From the IMG/VR virus record IMGVR_UViG_3300049193_000020, positions 1 to 58,761 of that record: a DNA stretch of 58,761 nucleotides; one strand, written 5' to 3'. The notes under the pieces are model-generated. The model saw nothing but the letters and a program-made list of their open reading frames with translations, was not told where the DNA came from and did not search any database. Of the stretch, positions 28,979-38,245 are shown piece after piece (within the stretch, counting starts at the first letter, position 1; each line of letters begins with the position of its first letter). The position numbers were made by a program, and so were the translations under genes. This DNA is from a virus. Lineage: Duplodnaviria; Caudoviricetes.

Positions 28979-29269
28979 ATGGAGAATCTAATGAAAAACG
29001 CACTTCTTACTCTTGCTTTATGTTCTGGCTTAGCTTTTGCAAGTACACCATCTATTACGTCTAATAATTTAGGCATGTGGACTGGACATTGGGAAAGTAA
29101 TGTAAGTTATAAACAGAAAACAATTGTTGGCACTTACTACAAGGCTAATCCTATGGTTACTAGAATAGAAAGTGGTGCAATTAAACTGTTTATTTTAAAT
29201 GGTGAGTCTAATGCTGTTAAAGGCACTCCACCTGAATCACAATCTACGGCTTGGGATAGGTTAAATTAA
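28979..29269 (+). CDS. secreted small protein with CBM5/12-like Trp motif (start probably ATG 28991)
   Basis: MKNALLTLALCSGLAFA signal peptide; GHWESNVSY...V...GTPP....W; GGAG SD. Confidence 0.6.
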   Translation: MENLMKNALLTLALCSGLAFASTPSITSNNLGMWTGHWESNVSYKQKTIVGTYYKANPMVTRIESGAIKLFILNGESNAVKGTPPESQSTAWDRLN

Positions 29270-30762
29270 TGGCAGATATTCTTGATAGTCAATTTACGAA
29301 TGAGCATTTTCAAACTCAACAAAACGTAAATCCTGATAATATGAATACCTTTTATCAAGGTAAAGATCAACGAATAGCTGGTTATTTCTCTAACTACAAT
29401 CAAATAGATAGTAGCAATACCAATCAGGTTGGCTCTATCTGTAATGGTGTTGGAGTAATTAATCCAACTTATGTATTAGCATCTAACTTTGGGCAGTCTG
29501 GTACTTCAAAGACTTTTGTTCTTGCTAAAGGCATCATACGCTTTATTGATCAAGATTTAACTTATCCAGCTACTGGATCAGGTACAGTTGATATTTTACA
29601 AGCGGTGTATGCTAATTATGCGGGTGGTTCTATAACTTTGGATGCACTGCCTACTAATGATGGAACTAAATACTACTGCGTGGCAGAAGTTACTATACCA
29701 ACATCACAGGTAGTAGTTGATATTAGTTGCACCGTAAATCAAGAAGTAGTTAGTCAAGCTGATTTGATAACAGATCAATCATCCAGCACTCCTATATATG
29801 TTGCATTGTTCTGGATTTCTAGTAATAATGGTACAAGTTTTACAATTGGTGTAGATAAATATTGTGCTAATAATTATAATGAAGCTCCACAATATGTGAA
29901 ATTTGAGATGGATTTTCGCTTAAGCGATAGCTCTACTAACCCATTAGGAACTAATAGCAATACTGGTTCTACAACTTTATATTTACTGCCTTACGGTGGT
30001 AATAATATAACCTTATTCAAGGATGATCAGCCAATCACTGTTCAATCTAGCGGCACATCACTTGCAATTTCTACTTTAGCAGATAATACTCAATATTCTA
30101 TTTATGCATATTTAGATACTGATAATACTGTTAAATTAGATTATCAAGCATGGTCATCTGGTGAGCCTGCTTTTGATTGGTATATGGGTAAACTCGTAAA
30201 AAATGGTGATACAAGTCGGTTATACATTGGTATTGTGTATGCAAATAATTTAGGTTCTGGTAGAAAGTTCTATGACTGGAGCGGTCAGCGATTAATCAGA
30301 AACTTCTATAATAAACAACAGCGCATGGTGAAAGCTTACCAATCAGGAAATTGGACGTATTCTGGTGTAGATTGGCAGAAACAAAATAATGATGATAATC
30401 CTGGCTTTGGCAGGATTGAAGTTATAATGGATAGCACATCTGAAGAGTTAGTAATAACTTCAATGACTGGAGTTGATATTCAGGCTGGTACAGAAGGACA
30501 GGCATTTACCTCGTTAGCAATTGATACTGATACTACTCCAGCTACAGCAGTTTGTTATGATATTGGCGGTGGTTTTGGGTTTCGTCCTTTAACAAGCATT
30601 AATGCTGATCCAGCTATTGTTAGTAATATTAGCAATGTGCTTTCATTCTCATTTGATTATAAACTTGTAGGATTTCATTTTATACAAAAATTAGAAAAAA
30701 CGAATGGAATTGAAAGTAGATTCTATGACTTAGGCGGTATTACTGGATATATTTCAGGTTAA
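29269..30762 (+). CDS. tail fibre / baseplate-attached protein
   Basis: 497 aa beta-rich; LYLLPYGGN..YSIYAY..RLYIG..RNFYN pattern seen in tail proteins; position. Confidence 0.55.
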   Translation: MADILDSQFTNEHFQTQQNVNPDNMNTFYQGKDQRIAGYFSNYNQIDSSNTNQVGSICNGVGVINPTYVLASNFGQSGTSKTFVLAKGIIRFIDQDLTYPATGSGTVDILQAVYANYAGGSITLDALPTNDGTKYYCVAEVTIPTSQVVVDISCTVNQEVVSQADLITDQSSSTPIYVALFWISSNNGTSFTIGVDKYCANNYNEAPQYVKFEMDFRLSDSSTNPLGTNSNTGSTTLYLLPYGGNNITLFKDDQPITVQSSGTSLAISTLADNTQYSIYAYLDTDNTVKLDYQAWSSGEPAFDWYMGKLVKNGDTSRLYIGIVYANNLGSGRKFYDWSGQRLIRNFYNKQQRMVKAYQSGNWTYSGVDWQKQNNDDNPGFGRIEVIMDSTSEELVITSMTGVDIQAGTEGQAFTSLAIDTDTTPATAVCYDIGGGFGFRPLTSINADPAIVSNISNVLSFSFDYKLVGFHFIQKLEKTNGIESRFYDLGGITGYISG

Positions 30763-30782
30763 AAATTTTAGAAAGAAGAAAA

Positions 30783-31232
30783 ATGAAAAAATTATTTATT
30801 TTAAGTGTGCTTTTATTAGGTTTATTAAAAATATGCTACGCACAAGATTATATTTTTATGACACAATTTGCTTTGGGTAATCCAGAAATACAAGAAGAAA
30901 TATATTCTTGTTATGTTGAAGGAAATGGGGATATTGATAATTGTCAATCTATATATACAATACCACAAGATTATTATCTAATAAGCTCTCCTGTAATAGC
31001 TAATCAGAATTTAATCTTTAGTTATGGTTATGAGAAAGGAGATCCAGGGTATCAAATATTTCAAACATGTCCGATATTGCCGAGTGGAACACTAGGGGAT
31101 TGCACGCAGAACATAATAAATAATGATGGGACTTATCTTTATGGATTTATAGTTGGCTATCAGCAACCCTCAACATCTGCTGATAAATTAAAGTTATCTA
31201 ATACTGAATCTAAAAGTATAGAGATAGCATAA
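30783..31232 (+). CDS. secreted hypothetical protein
   Basis: MKKLFILSVLLLGLLKICYA signal peptide; two similar C-x-(V/I)..G...DC segments. Confidence 0.65.
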   Translation: MKKLFILSVLLLGLLKICYAQDYIFMTQFALGNPEIQEEIYSCYVEGNGDIDNCQSIYTIPQDYYLISSPVIANQNLIFSYGYEKGDPGYQIFQTCPILPSGTLGDCTQNIINNDGTYLYGFIVGYQQPSTSADKLKLSNTESKSIEIA

Positions 31233-32023
31233 TGAAAAGGCTATTTATATGCTTATTATTCATGATAGGGTTAGTTTCGGCTAGTTCTATTAAAGATAGT
31301 TTGCAATTCTTTGAAACTGATTATCTTATAGCTGCCTATGAGCAAGATATATATATTAATAATACATATTTTATAATGCCAAATATTCCTTTATATAACT
31401 CTAGTGATAATTTAATGGTAACTGTAGGTAGTAGTAACTGTACCACTAACGATGATGATTTTATTTGTAATGCCTGGACGCCTGGACAACAATTATTTCC
31501 GCATGATTTAGGTCATATATCTCTAGACTTAAGTTATAAAAACCCTAACTATAGTATACCTGATAAACCTATAGAAATTACTATAAATACAGAATACTCT
31601 ATTAGCGGGGTAGTTTTTAATAAATCTATGACATATGAAGTAGATTTTTACCCATTATTTCAAGGTCAAGGAGGTGATGTATCTACACCAACTTTAGCAT
31701 CGCCAATTATGTTTCAAACATCACCATTAAATGTACAATCATCTTATAACAATGAACCACAATATTTCATGAAATGCTTTGGTGAGCAATCTCTTGAGTC
31801 TTCACCTTATCTACAGTTAAATACAGGCACATCTAAAATTCAATTGCTTAACTTTATAGACTCATCAAGTAGCTCTATTACTTGCTTCCCTATGATAGCT
31901 ATAGTTAATTCTGATACACATTATACATTATCAGTTAATTTTACATATAATGAATACATGCCAAATAATAATCCTGTTGCGGTATCACAGGAATCAAGCA
32001 CAGAAATACATTTGATTTATTAA
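31232..32023 (+). CDS. secreted hypothetical protein
   Basis: MKRLFICLLFMIGLVSA signal peptide; acidic beta-rich body with paired Cys. Confidence 0.65.
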   Translation: MKRLFICLLFMIGLVSASSIKDSLQFFETDYLIAAYEQDIYINNTYFIMPNIPLYNSSDNLMVTVGSSNCTTNDDDFICNAWTPGQQLFPHDLGHISLDLSYKNPNYSIPDKPIEITINTEYSISGVVFNKSMTYEVDFYPLFQGQGGDVSTPTLASPIMFQTSPLNVQSSYNNEPQYFMKCFGEQSLESSPYLQLNTGTSKIQLLNFIDSSSSSITCFPMIAIVNSDTHYTLSVNFTYNEYMPNNNPVAVSQESSTEIHLIY

Positions 32024-32026
32024 ATA

Positions 32027-32134
32027 TTTAATTCGGTGGAATTCCACCGTTTTAATCCCATCAAATTCGATGGGATTAAACTCAACATCTCTATATAGCC
32101 GAATACTTCTCTAAAAAATACACCATTCGGCTAT
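32027..32134. repeat. cluster of palindromes / hairpins
   Basis: CGGTGGAATTCCACCG, TTTAATCCCATC-AAATTC-GATGGGATTAAA and ATAGCCGAAT...ATTCGGCTAT. Confidence 0.8.
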
Positions 32135-32194
32135 CCTTTTCTCAATACTGGGGAATAATAAATTTCTTTTATCTACAGAGTATAACCTATATAT

Positions 32195-32596
32195 TTGATA
32201 AAATATGGTTTTATTAAACTATGGATTATAATCATGCAAAACTCAAAACCTTTCGTATTAGATACCAGTTTAGGCATTGCTACAGTAGAAATATCTAACT
32301 ATAATAGAGAGGATATATTTACTAATCAGATGAGTTTTGAGTTTTACGAAGATGAAGAATTAAATGTTCCTATAGACGCTACTACTATAACTGGTCAAGT
32401 ATCAGTATTTGCTAAACCAAGTGAAAATGCTGCATGGCAAACCGTCGGAGAAGATCTAGACTTATCGGTTATAATAAATCAAATTGTAAACCTAATTGGT
32501 GCTGCACAATTCTATAAAATAACATGCCCAGATAGTGGAGTTGACCAACCTAATGCAGCATTTATAAAGATAGTTCTACAATGGGGATTACAATAA
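32195..32596 (+). CDS. hypothetical structural protein (start probably ATG 32234)
   Basis: Acidic beta-rich ORF abutting the fibre gene. Confidence 0.6.
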   Translation: MIKYGFIKLWIIIMQNSKPFVLDTSLGIATVEISNYNREDIFTNQMSFEFYEDEELNVPIDATTITGQVSVFAKPSENAAWQTVGEDLDLSVIINQIVNLIGAAQFYKITCPDSGVDQPNAAFIKIVLQWGLQ

Positions 32597-35587
32597 ATGG
32601 CAACTGGATATACCACTAGCATAGGATATAATAGCATTGGGCAAAATAGCATAAATGGCTTAACTGGTAATATTACTTTTGAAGACAGCAGTACCATTGA
32701 ATGGGATATAAATTCATCTGCTAAATCATTAACACCATCTGTTAAAGCAGGTTTAAATGCTAATTTAATTGCCGATGGCTCAGTAACAAATCAAGATTAC
32801 CAGAATATAGCTGGTTCTAGCGCAAATCTACAATTACAAATAGATGCTTTAGCATCAGGTAGCACACGCTTTCAAGCTAAAGCAATGGCTACTGTCAATG
32901 TTGATATTAGCAATCCAGCCACAGATACATATGATGGTATTACACTAAATAATGGCGATAGCTTATTTTTAAACCCTGTTGATTCAATCCCATCTGGTTA
33001 CCAGACCGCAGCAAGTGATGGCGGTATTTACACTTTTAATGGAATAGGTGTAGCCTTAACCCGTGTATCTAATATGGATGAATGGGATGAGGTAGTGGGA
33101 AGTCAGGTTAATATACTACAAGGTACGTTATGGGCTGGTAGCACCTGGAATAATCTTAATGTAGACGGTGGCACAATTGATGTTACTGATATAACCTACA
33201 AACAAATATTCACTAACCTAATGATAAGCACTATTAATAGTCAGACTAAATCTGCTAATGGCGCTGTAATTGTCGGCGCTAATTTATATATGCAAACCGC
33301 TGACAGCACATATCCTGGATTATTGACATCAACATTTTATGATCTGTTAAATACTGCAACTTACATGAATAGTCCAGAAACTTTGGTAAAGCGTGCTGAG
33401 GATGGCAGTATTACGGTTCAACAACTTGTTGCAGTGCAAGTAAATAATGCTTCTGCTAACGAAATTAATTTTTTATCGGGTGTTACAAGTGCCATACAGA
33501 CGCAATTAGATGCACGTTTGATAGCGGCGAATAATCTTTCTGACTTAGCTGATGCATCTACTGCCCGTGATAATTTAGGGCTTGGCTCTGCTGCTTTATT
33601 AGATGCAGGCACATCTACTAATAATGTAGTGCAATACTCAGCAGCTAATACTATTACTGTTACCAACCTGAATACATCGGCTATTGATAATTCAGGTGGT
33701 GATATAACTATTGGCGCTAATGCTAATAATGTATATATAGGTAACGTTAATGCTGCTATTACAGTGTTAGGTAGCGTTGAAAATGAGCAAGTTACTAATC
33801 TTTTAGTTAAAGACAAACTAATAACTTTAAATGATGGCGGTGGTTCAGCTAGTGGTGCGGGAGCTGGGATAGAAATTGAAGAGAATGGGAGCATAACGGC
33901 ATATTTCAAACAAAATAGTTCCAGGACTGGCTTTATATTAACATCATCTGCTAATGCTGGTTTAATGCAATTATTGGTTGGTGAAACAGCATTTACAGCA
34001 TCTATAAGTAGCTCTAATTTAACCGCTAATCGTACTTATAATTTACCCGACGCTGATGCTACTATGGTACAGCCTAGTAGTGCTGTAAGTAATCAATTCA
34101 TTACCGCTATTAGCGCAGCAGGCGTAATAAGTAGAGCGCAACCATCTTTATCAAATTTAAGTGATGCAAATAGTGTGGTAACCTTAACTGATACACAAAC
34201 TTTGACTAATAAGACTTTAACCACACCTGTATTAAACGGCATACCTAGCGGCACTGGTGTTTCATCATCTGCGACAGCAAATACGCTTGGGCTTAGAGAT
34301 GCCAATGCTAATATGTTTGCAAATAATTTTATTAGTAACGTTACAAGCACTGTTTCATCTGCAAGTCCTGTAACACTTACTGCGGCTTCAGCACGCTACC
34401 AAATTACTACTGGAACGATAGCCCAAACTTATAAAATGCCTAATGCTACGACCTTGCAAACAGGTGCAACTTATTATTTTGACAATGATTCAACTCAAAA
34501 TGTTACTGTTAATGATAATTCAAATACTCTTATTACTACAGTATTACCAGGAGAATTTGTTTTTGTACAAGTTGACAATATTTCTTCTCCAGCAGGTGTA
34601 TGGGATTATCATGGATTATTGCCTAAAGATAGCAATTGGGGTACTGGGATATTAAATGCTATTAATACAACAGCATCATTTGCATCAGGAAAATTTTTAA
34701 CTTTAGTGCAAATTGGAGATACAGATGCTAGTCATTATATGCAGATAAGCTGTGGAAGTAATTTAACTGCTGATCGGCTACTCACTATTACACCTGGTGA
34801 TGTAGCAAGAACAATTACTTTAACAGGAAATCCTACTTTAGCTGATTGGTTTGATCAACCTGTAAAACAGGCAGCAATTCCTGCATTTGCTGGTTTAATC
34901 TCTCCAGCGCTCACAGGTGGCTCAGGCACTACTCAAGCTCTTACTCTAAAAAGTACCTCAGGTGTAGGTACAACTGGAGCAGATATAATATTTCAGGCTG
35001 GTAATAATGGTGCAACAGAAGTTATGCGGCTGTTGAACAGTGGTAATGTAGGCGTAGGCACTACATCATCAACTGGCTTCAGGATGACTATCAGCGGTGG
35101 AGCGCAGGATACCCTTAAAATTGCAAGCACACAAGGCGTATCTCTAAACATACAAAACACCTCAACTGATACAATTCAGCGTATTTATGGCACTAGCGGT
35201 GTAAATTTCTGGGATTTTAGGGCGTCCAGCACTGTTCTTGCTTTTCGCGTAAATGATCAGACCTATATGTCTGTAGGCACTGGGACGAATGCTGATGTTA
35301 ATTTTACTGGTAATATCAATTTTAGCACGCAAGGTAAAAGTATAAGTTATAAAGAGGGTGGTAGTGCTGCTATGGCTGCACTGGCAACATTGTCTAATGG
35401 CACAGTAACAGTTAGTTCAACAAGTGTAACCGCTGCTTCTCGTTTTACCTTAACTTATCAAACCGTATCAGGTACAACAGGTAATCTAAGTATTAGTGCT
35501 CGTAATGTTGGAGCAGATTTTACAATTTCAGGGGGTGGGATTGGTAATAATTCTACAGTATACTGGGAAATGCATAATAACTCATAA
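32597..35587 (+). CDS. long tail fibre / adhesin-like protein
   Basis: 996 aa Ser/Thr/Asn/Gly-rich; NNLSDL..A.ARDNLGLG, TQTLTNKTLTTP, VMRLLNSGNVGVGT fibre motifs. Confidence 0.8.
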   Translation: MATGYTTSIGYNSIGQNSINGLTGNITFEDSSTIEWDINSSAKSLTPSVKAGLNANLIADGSVTNQDYQNIAGSSANLQLQIDALASGSTRFQAKAMATVNVDISNPATDTYDGITLNNGDSLFLNPVDSIPSGYQTAASDGGIYTFNGIGVALTRVSNMDEWDEVVGSQVNILQGTLWAGSTWNNLNVDGGTIDVTDITYKQIFTNLMISTINSQTKSANGAVIVGANLYMQTADSTYPGLLTSTFYDLLNTATYMNSPETLVKRAEDGSITVQQLVAVQVNNASANEINFLSGVTSAIQTQLDARLIAANNLSDLADASTARDNLGLGSAALLDAGTSTNNVVQYSAANTITVTNLNTSAIDNSGGDITIGANANNVYIGNVNAAITVLGSVENEQVTNLLVKDKLITLNDGGGSASGAGAGIEIEENGSITAYFKQNSSRTGFILTSSANAGLMQLLVGETAFTASISSSNLTANRTYNLPDADATMVQPSSAVSNQFITAISAAGVISRAQPSLSNLSDANSVVTLTDTQTLTNKTLTTPVLNGIPSGTGVSSSATANTLGLRDANANMFANNFISNVTSTVSSASPVTLTAASARYQITTGTIAQTYKMPNATTLQTGATYYFDNDSTQNVTVNDNSNTLITTVLPGEFVFVQVDNISSPAGVWDYHGLLPKDSNWGTGILNAINTTASFASGKFLTLVQIGDTDASHYMQISCGSNLTADRLLTITPGDVARTITLTGNPTLADWFDQPVKQAAIPAFAGLISPALTGGSGTTQALTLKSTSGVGTTGADIIFQAGNNGATEVMRLLNSGNVGVGTTSSTGFRMTISGGAQDTLKIASTQGVSLNIQNTSTDTIQRIYGTSGVNFWDFRASSTVLAFRVNDQTYMSVGTGTNADVNFTGNINFSTQGKSISYKEGGSAAMAALATLSNGTVTVSSTSVTAASRFTLTYQTVSGTTGNLSISARNVGADFTISGGGIGNNSTVYWEMHNNS

Positions 35588-35597
35588 TAAATAAAAA

Positions 35598-36224
35598 ATG
35601 ATGAAATTATTTAAAATACTATTATTTATCTTAATATGTTATTCTGTTTTTGCAGATGACCCTATTGTAGTAAGTTTTTCAGGGGCATTTTTTGAAAACA
35701 ATAGATCACCTAATGTTACTGAATCTTATGTAAATAGTGTATTAACACCTATACCTAATAATTATGCTGGTGAAATTTATTGGTATGATAATAGTAATCA
35801 AACTATTTATTGGTTTGGTGGTGGTACAAATGGCTCATTCGTGTGGATACCATTAGGTTATACTCCACCAGCTAGAGTATTCAGTTATGTTACTCCAGAC
35901 CTCAATAACATATCTCAACTTTCAACAACTCGTGATGTAGATGTACGTTATTCACTAAGTATTACTACTGGATTAACCTTAATTGTCAATACTTCCTCAG
36001 GTACAGCTTATTTAGAAATAGCTGATGATTCTGGATTTACGACTAATGTTAAGATTCTTGCTAAACAAACTCTATCGCCAAGCGGAGTAATCGCGTTTTC
36101 TATTACTGAGGGTAAAACGCTAACAGGTATAATACCTGCTGGCAAGTATGTTAGAATCCGCACTAATGTAGATTCTGGGTCAGCTTCTTTTATGGCAGAA
36201 TCTAGTGAAGAGATACAACTGTGA
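35598..36224 (+). CDS. fibre-domain-like protein carrying an N-terminal signal peptide
   Basis: MMKLFKILLFILICYSVFA-DD; AGEIYWYD and LTGIIPAGKYVRIRT segments resemble fibre domains. Confidence 0.6.
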   Translation: MMKLFKILLFILICYSVFADDPIVVSFSGAFFENNRSPNVTESYVNSVLTPIPNNYAGEIYWYDNSNQTIYWFGGGTNGSFVWIPLGYTPPARVFSYVTPDLNNISQLSTTRDVDVRYSLSITTGLTLIVNTSSGTAYLEIADDSGFTTNVKILAKQTLSPSGVIAFSITEGKTLTGIIPAGKYVRIRTNVDSGSASFMAESSEEIQL

Positions 36225-36649
36225 ATCTAATTAAGTTTATATTAAATAAATTAGCAGCTAAATTCTTATTTTGCTGGTTTTGCTATGAATTCTTTCAATC
36301 TGTACCCAATGACCCTATTTTAACCGTTATATATCAAATTGTTTGTGTGATAAGTAATATCTTTTTAGGGGTCTATCTACTTGATACGCATCCTAAAATA
36401 TGGACGATTACCACTAAACGCTGGTATAGAATGTTAGCTTTAGGCTTGTTTTGTTGGTTCATAAGAGCAATCTGTATAGATTGGGAAAAATATCAAAGTC
36501 ATTTATATATCGTAGTAGATATATTATTTTTATCGGTTGATTTATTTATTATGGATAATATCTTTGGTTGGTTTAAGCCTAATAAAGATATTATTGCACC
36601 TGTATTTTCATTATTTAAAAGAATTTATAATAGGGTGAGACATGCCTAA
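36221..36649 (+). CDS. membrane protein (lysis region)
   Basis: About four hydrophobic segments. Confidence 0.65.
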   Translation: MNLIKFILNKLAAKFLFCWFCYEFFQSVPNDPILTVIYQIVCVISNIFLGVYLLDTHPKIWTITTKRWYRMLALGLFCWFIRAICIDWEKYQSHLYIVVDILFLSVDLFIMDNIFGWFKPNKDIIAPVFSLFKRIYNRVRHA

Positions 36650-36959
36650 TTTAGAATTACTTAATCTTTTCTTTGGTTGGTGTAAAGGGCATATATGTAA
36701 TCTTGTTATTATTATTTTTATATCATCTTGTATGTATATTGTTGATATAAAATTTGCCAATATTAATGAGCACGATAAATTAGCTGATGCTAAAATGGAT
36801 AAAGTGTTAGAAATGGTGCATAATTTAACAATAGGGCAGGCTTTAAGTGCTCAAAACGCACAGCGTTTAGATAAGTTGGAAACCCAGCAAGATATTGATG
36901 ATAAGCGCTTAGATAAACATGATACACAAATATCTATTTTGGAACATCATAGAAAATGA
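36642..36959 (+). CDS. single-TM coiled-coil protein (holin/antiholin-like)
   Basis: One TM followed by a coiled coil RLDKLE..RLDKHD. Confidence 0.55.
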   Translation: MPNLELLNLFFGWCKGHICNLVIIIFISSCMYIVDIKFANINEHDKLADAKMDKVLEMVHNLTIGQALSAQNAQRLDKLETQQDIDDKRLDKHDTQISILEHHRK

Positions 36960-37207
36960 AAATACGATTTCATAGTTTAAGCGGGCTTATTAAGCATGCT
37001 CCTACAGAAAAGAGTACATGGGTAGGCATAGGTATATTCTTCTTATCTATTTTTTTATTTTGGCGGTATACAGATGATGTGGATTTTTTGGTTAAGTCAA
37101 TACTACGCGACCCACAAACAGCTAAAGAATTAATAGCTGGAATAAAAACGCTTTTTATTGCAATTATTCCAACTTTCTGTGTATGGATAAAAACTAAGCA
37201 GGGTTAA
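36956..37207 (+). CDS. putative holin
   Basis: 83 aa, EKSTWVG motif, two TM segments. Confidence 0.6.
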   Translation: MKIRFHSLSGLIKHAPTEKSTWVGIGIFFLSIFLFWRYTDDVDFLVKSILRDPQTAKELIAGIKTLFIAIIPTFCVWIKTKQG

Positions 37208-37229
37208 GTTTTTGTGCTATAATATGTGC

Positions 37230-37321
37230 TTGCAACAATTCGCGAAGTTGTTGTCGATCGTAAGTATATTTTCATGTGTATTTCCTTAAAAGCCTCAGTG
37301 TAGCAATATACTGAGGTTTTT
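37230..37321 (+). ncRNA. candidate small RNA
   Basis: Preceded by TGCTATAAT (37215-37223); 5' hairpin, U/C-rich anti-SD segment, ends in a terminator. Confidence 0.5.
37288..37321 (+). terminator. Rho-independent terminator (possibly bidirectional)
   Basis: AAAAGCCTCAGTGTA-GCAA-TATACTGAGGTTTTT. Confidence 0.75.
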
Positions 37322-37426
37322 GCTGGTTTACTTAATAGCCTTTAATATACCCATTCTAACGGCTTCTTTGTTTTGTCGCAATACAGAAGAAAAAATACAA
37401 GCGATTTATGATATAATCTTGCCATT

Positions 37427-38071
37427 ATGATAGAATTATTAACATCAAAAATCTTTAAAACATTCAGCATATCGCTTATATCTTTTGTTATGGGCTTTGG
37501 TGCAGCTTGGGCACTTAAAGATACTATAGATGATAATAAATACCAAAGATTAATTAATGAACAGCTTACTCAATCCTTAGTCAATCAAAAGCAAATGTTA
37601 GCCAATCAAAAAGCTCAGGAAAATAATAAACTAGAGCGTAAAGATTTAATTATTAATCAATTAAGCACCTCAGATAAAATAGAGGATGCCAGGTTAGCGA
37701 GCTGTCAAGTTAAAGTTAATAAATTAGGAGTGGAGAATGCTAAACTTATTAAACAATCTAATGAGCATAAGAATGATATTGATAGCACCAATGTTGTTAA
37801 TGATTTACTCTTGCGCGCTATTTTCCCCTACGCCACAACCTCAGGACTTGATAGCACAGGAATGTCCGCTATTCCCAGAGACACCGCCGCAGTTTCAGGC
37901 AAAATACGATACTACTGCGCTTCTGACTTTGCCGACGCTCTCAGAGAGCACTTGTATCAGTGCGCCGTCAAACTAACTGAATGTAGCGAGGGTATGGCTA
38001 ATCAGGAAGCCCAGAAGATTAATTTTAATAATACAGTAAGAGCGATTAATAAACAGAGAAGTAAGGAGTAA
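37427..38071 (+). CDS. i-spanin (Rz-like)
   Basis: N-terminal TM, periplasmic coiled coil, C-terminal Cys residues; contains an embedded lipoprotein ORF. Confidence 0.7.
   Translation: MIELLTSKIFKTFSISLISFVMGFGAAWALKDTIDDNKYQRLINEQLTQSLVNQKQMLANQKAQENNKLERKDLIINQLSTSDKIEDARLASCQVKVNKLGVENAKLIKQSNEHKNDIDSTNVVNDLLLRAIFPYATTSGLDSTGMSAIPRDTAAVSGKIRYYCASDFADALREHLYQCAVKLTECSEGMANQEAQKINFNNTVRAINKQRSKE
37761..37976 (+). CDS. o-spanin (Rz1-like lipoprotein) embedded in +1 frame
   Basis: MSIRMILIAPMLLMIYS-C lipobox followed by a Pro-rich segment with Cys. Confidence 0.7.
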   Translation: MSIRMILIAPMLLMIYSCALFSPTPQPQDLIAQECPLFPETPPQFQAKYDTTALLTLPTLSESTCISAPSN

Positions 38072-38074
38072 ACT

Positions 38075-38230
38075 ATGTCTTTGCAACCTTATAATAATAG
38101 TTCTAACCTATGTTTAGAAGAGGCTATTGCGAGATATATAATAGAAAAAGTAGTTGATAAAATAAAGAATCAACTTGTAAATGAAGAAATGAAACCTTGT
38201 GGTAGCCCGTTATTATCTTGGTGGTATTAA
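38075..38230 (+). CDS. small hypothetical protein (51 aa, not in ORF track)
   Basis: AAGGAG SD; MSLQPYNNSS...PLLSWWY*. Confidence 0.55.
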   Translation: MSLQPYNNSSNLCLEEAIARYIIEKVVDKIKNQLVNEEMKPCGSPLLSWWY

Positions 38231-38245
38231 TTATGAAAGGTAAGA

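Noticed and set aside
14059-34655. Antisense and alternate-frame ORFs inside structural genes (e.g. 16672-16881, 19342-19605, 33418-33909, 34443-34655)
   Set aside because: Shadow ORFs of well-supported genes, with no SD or recognisable motifs
29269-36224. Diversity-generating retroelement or invertible fibre cassette
   Set aside because: No reverse transcriptase or invertase ORF, and no TR/VR-like duplicated segment noticed
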